From the NCBI GenBank assembly GCA_016185105.1, contig JACPOE010000012.1:8471-72470 (forward strand): a stretch of 64,000 nt of DNA, in the 5' to 3' direction. Origin of the DNA: Bdellovibrio sp. (lineage in GTDB: Bacteria > Bdellovibrionota > UBA1018). The notes under the pieces were generated by a model. It saw nothing but the letters and a program-made list of their open reading frames with translations, searched no databases and was not told where the DNA came from. A program made the translations under genes and the position numbers. Below, one piece after another: positions 56,940 to 64,000 of the stretch; the first letter of the stretch is position 1, and every line of letters starts with the position of its first letter.

Positions 56940-59729
56940 TCAGGCTGCCGAGGAGGGGCCTCCGCCAAGGCCACCTGTTCCTGTGCCGCCCATTCCGCCT
57001 CCGGTTCCTGAAGCCCTCTTGGCCGCCTGCTGCTGAGCAAGATAAGTTAAGTGTTTGTTTTCCAGCTGTAATCGTTTTAACTCGTCACGAAGCCGAATCT
57101 GATCCTGATGTGCAGTAACCAACTGGGACTTGAGAGCCATCTTTTCCTGTTTTTCGGTGTTGAGCATTTTCATAGCTATTTCAATCCGTTTCCTAGCCTC
57201 TTCAACCCCTAGACTTGCTCTCCTCGGTTCGTTCAATTTTTCCATCAGCTGTCGATTGGCTTTTCTAAATTCTTCATTTTGTTTAAAAAGGCGCTCATAT
57301 TTTCCCTGCAATACCGTCATTTGCGAGGCTACGCCTGGCGTTGCCTTGCTAGAAGCCGCTGCTGTGTTTAACTGGGCCTTTAGCTCATCGACTCTTTGTG
57401 CAAATTTAGTATTTTCTTCTTTCGCGAGATCCAACATTTTCTGAGCCATATCGTACTTCTGTTTGTAATGAATATCCTCCTCTGAGTTTTGAGCGATCAT
57501 TTTCAGCTTTTCATTGGACTCGGTCACTTTCGTCAACTGATCTTTGGTCCGCGCCAAAGCTGCAGTTTTTTGCGCTAGGACTGCCTCTTTCTTTCGGACC
57601 TCTTCCTGAAGGACGCTCAACTTGTCTTTAAATTCCATTTCTTTAAGTCTAACGGAACCATGAATCTTTTTACCCAGATCTGCAAGGCGAGCCCTCTCTG
57701 TCATCAGGCTTCCCATCAGATTTTCTACCCATTTGGTAGCTTTTTGATTCTTAATCTCTCGTTTAATATTCACGGACTCCCACTGGGCCACTCGGAGCAC
57801 ATGATCTAAACCACCTCCATGTAACTCGTTCACCAAGCTTTTTGCATCCTGTTCAAGTCCGGTAGCGTTTGGATCTTTAGAGGCTTCTGCTCCCTCCGCT
57901 GCTTGAGGAGGAGGCACCTCTGGTGGAGGCCCCAAAGGTAACTCTTCTTCTTGTCCCGAAGCATCAGAGGGTTCAAGTGCGGGTGTCTCTGAGGCTTTTT
58001 CAACCCCTTTTTTAGTTGGCGGTTTTTTTGAAACCGGAGGAGCCGTGGGCAAGGAAGGTTCGGAGTCTTCCTCCTCATCTTCTTTCGTCCTAAAATAGCC
58101 GATCAAGTTTCGAATAGCCCGACCGGCGTTACCCAGCAAAGCTCGTCTCAGACGACGGGGTTTTTGTGGCAGTGGAGGTTCTGGCTCAGCAGAAAGGTCT
58201 TCGGGCTCCGGGGCCTCTTCTTGAGAGACTTCATCACGGAACTGTTCTTCCGCCTCGTCTGCGTCTCTCTTAACGCGCCAGAGTGGACGCTTTTTGCGTT
58301 TAGCCCCTTTTATGATCACATACTCTGGCGGCTCCTCGACTTCGTCTGCAGAAACACTTGCCTCATCATTGATCTCATCTACCTTGCCCCGAACTCGAGT
58401 TCGCTTCTCTTTCTCTCCCGGCCTTCCTTTAACAAGAGTCCGTCCGCCCTCGTCATCTTCCCCCCAGCCTTTGACAATGACTTCTTCATCTTCCTCATCC
58501 GGAGAGCTCCTGACGCGAGTCTGTCCTTCATCTGGTCCCAGCGCACCTTTGACTCGAGTTCGTGTAGCCTCGGGCCCTTGGCCCTTTAGGCGGGTTTCGT
58601 CTTGCATTTCAGCCGGGCTCGCACCTAAACGAGCGACATCTTGATCAGCATCTCCAGTCCCTTTGACCTGAGTAGCCCCATCGTTCTCAGAACGACCCCC
58701 TTCGACCAGCGCTGCGTCTTGACCCTCAGAACGGGCTCCCTTGACTTGCTTGGCGCGATCTTTTTCAGCGGCAGATCCCCTTACCTTGCTAGTCAGGTCT
58801 TTTTGACTCCTGCCTCCCTTGACCCTTGAATCGAGCTGCGATTCAACGTCGTCCCCTTCGACCTGCTGGTCTGGATCAATTTCCTCGGAGGAAACATCTA
58901 GCTGTGTTTCGTCCTCATCCTCGGCTTCTTTCTTGCGACCCAAGCCGAAGATCTTACCTAAACGACTGCCGATACCACTTGGGGGTTTCGTCTTTACAAC
59001 AGGTTCAGCTTTCCTCTTTTTCCCTTCAGGCGCAACAATTTCCCCTGAGTGACTCTCTTCTTCTTCCTCACCTGGAATATCTTCTTTTAAAAGTGTGGGA
59101 TAATCTAGATCACCCAAATCAGAATAAAGTTTTGGCCTGGGCGCATCTTTTGCAGTTTTCTGATCCAATATCAAAACTTCGAGTGGAGGGTGATCGGCCT
59201 CTATCGAAGCTGAGGTTCCCGCTCCATCATGGGCCAGCAGGGCAACCACTTCGACCTTTCTACTACCTGGGTCATGTTTAATAAAAATTAGATCTGAATT
59301 CTTCTTTAGATCAAATAGAAGAGTTTCTAGTCTTCCGTTTGGCGTCCCATCTGCAATTCGAACCGGAAGACCCTCAGCATTGAAACTCTGCGCTGGATTT
59401 AGGGTAAACCCGATACCTACGACAACTTTTTCCTCATCGACACCGACCTCTAGAGAGAGAGGAAAAGCTAGAGGCATCGACGTCTTCACTTTTCCTTTGC
59501 CCGAACCCATCCCTTGAAAGGCTTCAAACACAGACATTAAAACAGAAAAACGAAGCTTAAACTCATCCACACCACTCTTCTCAAGTCTCGCACAAAGAAG
59601 ATCGCTGACTCGTCCCAAGTGCTTCGTACTAAATAGAGATGTATAAAATACCTCGCCCTCAGGCGAGAGTTGCCCGGAGATCCCAAAGCTATCGAGCGCT
59701 CTGAGTTTCACCTTGGCGCGATCAAGCAT
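56940..59729 (-). CDS. large coiled-coil protein with central degenerate TRVKG-type repeats and Gly-rich C-terminus (hypothetical)
   Basis: 929 aa. An N-terminal globular domain of about 190 aa, acidic/basic repeats, a Pro-rich linker, about 300 aa of heptad-rich sequence, and a GTGGGMGGTGTGG tail. Confidence 0.6.
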   Translation of the reverse strand: MLDRAKVKLRALDSFGISGQLSPEGEVFYTSLFSTKHLGRVSDLLCARLEKSGVDEFKLRFSVLMSVFEAFQGMGSGKGKVKTSMPLAFPLSLEVGVDEEKVVVGIGFTLNPAQSFNAEGLPVRIADGTPNGRLETLLFDLKKNSDLIFIKHDPGSRKVEVVALLAHDGAGTSASIEADHPPLEVLILDQKTAKDAPRPKLYSDLGDLDYPTLLKEDIPGEEEEESHSGEIVAPEGKKRKAEPVVKTKPPSGIGSRLGKIFGLGRKKEAEDEDETQLDVSSEEIDPDQQVEGDDVESQLDSRVKGGRSQKDLTSKVRGSAAEKDRAKQVKGARSEGQDAALVEGGRSENDGATQVKGTGDADQDVARLGASPAEMQDETRLKGQGPEATRTRVKGALGPDEGQTRVRSSPDEEDEEVIVKGWGEDDEGGRTLVKGRPGEKEKRTRVRGKVDEINDEASVSADEVEEPPEYVIIKGAKRKKRPLWRVKRDADEAEEQFRDEVSQEEAPEPEDLSAEPEPPLPQKPRRLRRALLGNAGRAIRNLIGYFRTKEDEEEDSEPSLPTAPPVSKKPPTKKGVEKASETPALEPSDASGQEEELPLGPPPEVPPPQAAEGAEASKDPNATGLEQDAKSLVNELHGGGLDHVLRVAQWESVNIKREIKNQKATKWVENLMGSLMTERARLADLGKKIHGSVRLKEMEFKDKLSVLQEEVRKKEAVLAQKTAALARTKDQLTKVTESNEKLKMIAQNSEEDIHYKQKYDMAQKMLDLAKEENTKFAQRVDELKAQLNTAAASSKATPGVASQMTVLQGKYERLFKQNEEFRKANRQLMEKLNEPRRASLGVEEARKRIEIAMKMLNTEKQEKMALKSQLVTAHQDQIRLRDELKRLQLENKHLTYLAQQQAAKRASGTGGGMGGTGTGGLGGGPSSAA
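58374..58832 (-). repeat. intragenic degenerate repeats (about 12 units, 30-45 nt) encoding ..[TRL][RV][KR]G..
   Basis: Plus-strand recurrences of CC(C/T)TTGAC(T/C)(C/T)GAGT-like strings. Confidence 0.5.
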
Positions 59730-60600
59730 CTATGAAACCTCCTTCCCCATAAACGGTCGGAGGCTCTGCACCCTTTGCTGCTAGGTCGTTTGAAATTCTA
59801 GCAAGGCGATCAGCGAGTCTGATCGAGATCGAATCATTTCTACCTTCAAAATCCTGATTGGTAATTTTCTGTGGACTTGATTTCAAAAGATCCATGACCA
59901 AGCCAATAAGATTTTCCTCATAAGGCCGAGCCCAAGAGGCGGCTGGTGTACCTAGGCTCACTCGTTCAAAAGCCCTCAATCTTAAGTAGTTCAGATATCG
60001 ATAGTCACAATGCGCTAGATGGAGCGCAAGGAACACGACCCAACTCGAAACTAAGAGTGCATGGTCGTACGCCAGAGTGTCGCCATCTCTAGCTTGCAGC
60101 AGCTTAGCATCTGGGATCAAACTACAAACTTCATTCGCAAAAACCGAGATCATGTAAGTTTCAATTCCAATAGTGTCTTCTGAATACCTCCACCAAAGAG
60201 GGCCAACAACTTGAAGAATCTCATTGGAGAGTTCATATGGAGACGGTGGCAGGGCCACCACTGGGTAGGTTGTCTTCGCGCTCGCGGCAACCGGCTTTTT
60301 TGGTCTCACTTTCAAAAGTCCTCTGACTCTTAAAGCCGCTTCTCTAAAAGGCATCACCGATTGAGTGGCTTGAGGAAGATAGAAAAACTGATGATGGCCT
60401 TTTAATTTTTTCAATTCTTCCAATGTGAAAAAATCAAAAGGAGCTTTTAGCGAAATAAATTTTTCGTTTGCACCAAGCCAAAGATAAACGGGCGCGATCA
60501 TCAAGGCGAACGGTTTTACCGAATCGACTCGAATTCGAAATAACTGATCCATGCTTTCCTTGGTCGGTTTTCTCCGAGTAAAGTCCATAGTTCTATGCAA
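59722..60600 (-). CDS. hypothetical protein (probably co-transcribed with the coiled-coil gene)
   Basis: 292 aa. Its stop overlaps the start of the downstream gene. Confidence 0.4.
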   Translation of the reverse strand: MHRTMDFTRRKPTKESMDQLFRIRVDSVKPFALMIAPVYLWLGANEKFISLKAPFDFFTLEELKKLKGHHQFFYLPQATQSVMPFREAALRVRGLLKVRPKKPVAASAKTTYPVVALPPSPYELSNEILQVVGPLWWRYSEDTIGIETYMISVFANEVCSLIPDAKLLQARDGDTLAYDHALLVSSWVVFLALHLAHCDYRYLNYLRLRAFERVSLGTPAASWARPYEENLIGLVMDLLKSSPQKITNQDFEGRNDSISIRLADRLARISNDLAAKGAEPPTVYGEGGFIDA

Positions 60601-60674
60601 TCTTTTCGGAATTTCTCAAGGATTACCGCAGTTTTTTCGCAGTCAAAGAACTGACTCCGCTGACAAGGGCAGGA

Positions 60675-61673
60675 CTAACTTGCGTAATGACACGAGGCCA
60701 AATGGGCCTGAGAACTCTTTCCCATCTCTCTTAAATCCGGCGCAGTATGTCTGCAATTTTCCTGAGCAATTGGACAGCGCGGGTGAAAGTGACAACCGCT
60801 TGGCGGTGTTAGCGCCGAAGGGACGTCGCCTTTTAGAACCACCCGTTCTTTTTTATATGTTGGATCTGGAATAGGAATAGATGACAAAAGCGCTTTAGTA
60901 TAGGGATGTTTAGGCTCTTGGTAAAGCTGCTCAGCAGTTCCTGTCTCGACAATTTTTCCCAAATACATCACAGCCACACGATTAGAAATATGTTCAACAA
61001 CTTTTAAATCATGTGCAACAAAAAGGTAGGTCAAGCCAAGCTCTTTTTGGAGATCCTGCATCAGGTTTATAATTTGAGCTTGAATAGATACATCCAAAGC
61101 TGAAACAGGTTCATCACAAACAATAAACTGAGGCTCTACGGCTAGTGCGCGCGCAATACAAATTCGTTGCCGCTGCCCACCTGAAAACTCATGAGGATAC
61201 CGCACCAAAGACTCCCGACGCAGACCACACATATCCAAGAGTTTGGAAATCCGTAGAGACCTATCGGCGCTCGTCTTACCCATCTTATGAATCAAAAGCG
61301 GCTCTTCAAGAATGTCTTCGATCTTCATCCTTGGGTTGAGCGAAGCATACGGATCCTGAAAAATAATCTGCATATTCCTTCGCAATTTGCGAATTTCTTG
61401 CGGTCCTAGTTTTGTAATGTCTTGACCTCGAAAGAAAACCTGACCCTGAGTGGGTTCGATCAACCGCAGAATACACCGACCCAGTGTAGACTTACCACAA
61501 CCGGACTCTCCTACGAGTCCCAAGGTTTCGCCCGGAAAGATTTCTAGACTGACATCTGAGACAGCCTTCACACTGGCAATCTCTCGAGACAGAATGCCCC
61601 CCTTGACCGGAAAGCGTTTCACTAGATTCTGTACCGAAACAAGAGGCGGGTAGGAACTGATAGGGTCGGCCAT
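60675..61673 (-). CDS. oligopeptide/dipeptide ABC transporter ATP-binding protein (OppF/DppF-type)
   Basis: [27 protein letters not shown], and a C-terminal oligopeptide-ABC extension with Cys. Confidence 0.85.
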   Translation of the reverse strand: MADPISSYPPLVSVQNLVKRFPVKGGILSREIASVKAVSDVSLEIFPGETLGLVGESGCGKSTLGRCILRLIEPTQGQVFFRGQDITKLGPQEIRKLRRNMQIIFQDPYASLNPRMKIEDILEEPLLIHKMGKTSADRSLRISKLLDMCGLRRESLVRYPHEFSGGQRQRICIARALAVEPQFIVCDEPVSALDVSIQAQIINLMQDLQKELGLTYLFVAHDLKVVEHISNRVAVMYLGKIVETGTAEQLYQEPKHPYTKALLSSIPIPDPTYKKERVVLKGDVPSALTPPSGCHFHPRCPIAQENCRHTAPDLREMGKSSQAHLASCHYAS

Positions 61674-62684
61674 TTAAATATCCCTCACACACCGAACAGC
61701 GTGCGGCAAGTCCCATTCGGCATCATTTTTAAGTTTGGAAACTAACCGAAGATCAGGCTCCTTGCCTTTGCACTCGTCCACCACAAAAGAGCACCTCTCT
61801 TGAAATCGACATCCTTTAGGCAGATCTAGGAGGTTGGGTACGATTCCTGGAATGGTTTCCAAACGTTTCTTTTTTATCTTTCCGGTGGGGTCTTTACTCA
61901 GCGTGGGAATACTGTTCAACAGCCCACGAGTATAAGGCATTTTTGGATTTGAAAAAATCTCCCTGACCTCGCCTTGCTCTACAACTCGTCCTGCATACAT
62001 CACTAGTACTTCATGAGCAACCTCAGCAACGACCCCTAGGTCATGGGTAATCAGAATCAAGGCCATCCCCACTTTTTGTTGCAACTCCAAAAGCAGATCT
62101 AGAATTTGCGCCTGGATAGTTACATCCAAAGCCGTGGTTGGCTCATCGGCGATCAAGACCGACGGGTTACAGGAAAGCGCCATTGCGATCATCACTCTCT
62201 GTCTCATTCCACCCGAAAGCTGATGGGGATATTCATCAATCCTTTTCTCCGGAGCAGATATTCCAACCAACTTCAGCATTTCAATCGCCTTATTGCGAGC
62301 CTCTTTGCGAGAGAGCTTTTGATGCAGGATAACGGCTTCGGCGATCTGGTTTCCGACTGTAAAAACAGGATTCAAAGAGGTCATGGGTTCCTGAAAAATC
62401 ATCGAGATTTCGTTGCCCCGAATTTTCCTCATCTCCTCGGAAGAGAGATCTACTAGATTCCTCCCGCCGTATAAGATCTGTCCGCCTACAATTTTTCCTG
62501 GAGGGCTTGGAATTAGCCTCATTATCGAAAGACTTGTCACACTCTTTCCGCATCCAGACTCACCAACGATTCCTAGAGTCTTTCCCTTATAGATCGAAAA
62601 ACTTACGTCATCGACAGCCTTAATCTCACCGGCGTCGGTGAAAAACGAAGTCGATAAATTTTTTACGTCCAAAACTTTTTCCAT
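61674..62684 (-). CDS. oligopeptide/dipeptide ABC transporter ATP-binding protein (OppD/DppD-type)
   Basis: [32 protein letters not shown], and C-terminal CRFQERC. Confidence 0.85.
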   Translation of the reverse strand: MEKVLDVKNLSTSFFTDAGEIKAVDDVSFSIYKGKTLGIVGESGCGKSVTSLSIMRLIPSPPGKIVGGQILYGGRNLVDLSSEEMRKIRGNEISMIFQEPMTSLNPVFTVGNQIAEAVILHQKLSRKEARNKAIEMLKLVGISAPEKRIDEYPHQLSGGMRQRVMIAMALSCNPSVLIADEPTTALDVTIQAQILDLLLELQQKVGMALILITHDLGVVAEVAHEVLVMYAGRVVEQGEVREIFSNPKMPYTRGLLNSIPTLSKDPTGKIKKKRLETIPGIVPNLLDLPKGCRFQERCSFVVDECKGKEPDLRLVSKLKNDAEWDLPHAVRCVRDI

Positions 62685-62696
62685 AGTGACCTAGTC

Positions 62697-63620
62697 CTAT
62701 TTAATCTTTGGGTCCAAGGCATCTCTCAGAGAATCACCTAAAATATTAAATGCAAGAACTACAAAAAACATGGCCACAGTCGCTCCGGCCAACTGCCACC
62801 AAACTCCTCTAGACAACTCCAGTTTGGCATCATCGATCATAACCCCCCAGCTGGGCTGCCCTTGAACCCCCAATCCCAGAAAGGAAAGAATGACCTCTGC
62901 CTTAATCGCAGTCATAAACTGGATGGACAAGTTAATAATAATAAAATGGGAGACGTTCGGCAAAATATGCCGAAAAATTCGAGAGCGATGACTTGCGCCG
63001 ATACTTTCTGCAGCAACGACATAGTCCCGACTTTTGTGCTTAATAAACTCGCCTCTCATAATTCGTGCGAGACTTACCCACGAAGTAGCCCCTAGGGCCA
63101 CATAGATCGCAGGCAACCCCTTACCTAATAGAAAGGCGATTGCAATCAAGAGCATTATATTTGGAATAGACGAGACTGTTGTATAGACCCAAACAACCAA
63201 GTCGTCTACCCACCCTCCAAAATAACCTCCAATTGCCCCGAGGCAGACACCAATCGGAATGCTAATAAGAGAAGAGACTAGACCGACACTCATCGCAATC
63301 CGAGTCCCTTGTAAGACCTTGAAAAAAACGCTTCGCCCAAAAATGTCCGTTCCTAAAATCGTCTTGTAAGACGCGAAAGAGGGTGGCTGATAGGCTCCTG
63401 AAACAACTTCGTCCCATGGAGTTGCCAACCACCCCATCTGGACCATCAAAGCCACTGCTGCGTACAACGCCACAATCCCGATACATAAAAGGGCTATTTT
63501 ATCTCTCTGAAGCCTGATCCATGCATCGCGCAGAAGACCTTTTCCAACAACGTGAGAGGAAACGAACGCTCCGAACCCCGCTACACCATTTCTATTTTGA
63601 TCGGATGTTTTAGTAGTCAT
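62697..63620 (-). CDS. oligopeptide/dipeptide ABC transporter permease (OppC/DppC-type)
   Basis: Six transmembrane segments and an EAA-like loop (ESIGASHRSRIFRHILPN). Confidence 0.8.
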   Translation of the reverse strand: MTTKTSDQNRNGVAGFGAFVSSHVVGKGLLRDAWIRLQRDKIALLCIGIVALYAAVALMVQMGWLATPWDEVVSGAYQPPSFASYKTILGTDIFGRSVFFKVLQGTRIAMSVGLVSSLISIPIGVCLGAIGGYFGGWVDDLVVWVYTTVSSIPNIMLLIAIAFLLGKGLPAIYVALGATSWVSLARIMRGEFIKHKSRDYVVAAESIGASHRSRIFRHILPNVSHFIIINLSIQFMTAIKAEVILSFLGLGVQGQPSWGVMIDDAKLELSRGVWWQLAGATVAMFFVVLAFNILGDSLRDALDPKIK

Positions 63621-64000
63621 TCGAACGTCACCCGTGGATCGACCAAAGTGTATAAAATATCCGTTAGCAAATTCCCAAAAATAAAAAGCATCGCGTCCAA
63701 GGTGGTCATTGCCTTGATCACAGGAAAATCACTGTTATGAACGGCATCGATGGTCATACTTCCCAAACCAGGAATCCCAAAGAAGCTCTCTAAAAGAAAG
63801 GCCCCTAAGATCAGCAGCGGAATTTCAATTACGATATTAGTTAGAATCGGGATCATACTGTTCTTTAAGACATGTTTAAAATAAACTCGCCCCTCGGAAA
63901 GACCCTTTGCACGTGCAGTCCTGACATAATCTTGATTCGTTTCATCTAGGATCGCTGTTCTGTAAAAGCGCACATCATAGCCAAGACTCACAGCTACAAA
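63617..64000 (-). CDS. oligopeptide/dipeptide ABC transporter permease (OppB/DppB-type), 5'-partial (N-terminus beyond window end)
   Basis: C-terminal region ARAKGLSEGRVYFKHVLKNSMIPILT... The open frame continues to the window edge. Confidence 0.8.
   Translation of the reverse strand, partial: FVAVSLGYDVRFYRTAILDETNQDYVRTARAKGLSEGRVYFKHVLKNSMIPILTNIVIEIPLLILGAFLLESFFGIPGLGSMTIDAVHNSDFPVIKAMTTLDAMLFIFGNLLTDILYTLVDPRVTFE

Noticed and set aside
1-64000. Mobile elements, prophage or integrative islands
   Set aside because: No transposase, integrase, phage structural genes, tRNA-flanked direct repeats or terminal inverted repeats were found.

Overview
This 64 kb window is densely coding bacterial chromosomal DNA: about 60 CDS, no rRNA or tRNA genes, no CRISPR array, and no transposase or integrase detected. 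Composition and gene content (HD-GYP, Flp pilin, RecA with an unusual tail, many secreted proteins and lipoproteins) fit a Gram-negative Bdellovibrio/Oligoflexia-like deltaproteobacterium, but that is a low-confidence guess.

Recognisable core genes include lon (C-terminal part), rpoZ, a fatty-acyl-CoA ligase, smpB, rsmA/ksgA, tsaD, aroA, ssb, alaS, recA, recG, greA, carB, manC and an Opp/Dpp-type peptide ABC transporter. Accessory content includes an envelope/LPS glycosylation cluster (O-antigen-ligase-like, two GT4 glycosyltransferases, a UDP-glucuronate-decarboxylase-like SDR, cupin plus ManC) and a small Flp-pilin/TadE-like pseudopilin cluster. A long co-directional array on the minus strand runs carB, a zinc-ribbon protein, a YbbA/YbbP-like ABC exporter, a LolA-like protein, an outer-membrane barrel, greA and recG.

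The candidates most worth a second look are:
1. A strongly punctuated monocistronic gene (28165-28980) for a signal-peptide-bearing, Gln/Gly-rich protein. It is built from 72-nt tandem repeats (each with one Cys) and an in-frame 9-nt x8 microsatellite (GQV)n. An AT-rich upstream region carries a perfect 9-bp palindrome, and an XRE-family regulator is transcribed divergently.
2. A three-gene putative operon (21741-26254): an uncharacterised protein with a RelA/SpoT-like nucleotidyltransferase motif, a DAO-type FAD oxidoreductase, and a large flavo-iron-sulfur subunit (4Fe-4S dicluster, 2Fe-2S and BFD-like 2Fe-2S). The last two resemble HCN-synthase/opine-oxidase/sarcosine-oxidase-type heteromeric oxidases.
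3. A 5'-nucleotidase-like metallophosphatase fused to a tetraheme cytochrome c.
4. A 929-aa coiled-coil protein with about 12 degenerate ..TRVKG.. repeats.
5. An apparent frameshift or truncation at the carB 5' end.

All functional calls are from reading the supplied translations for motifs. No database search was possible.
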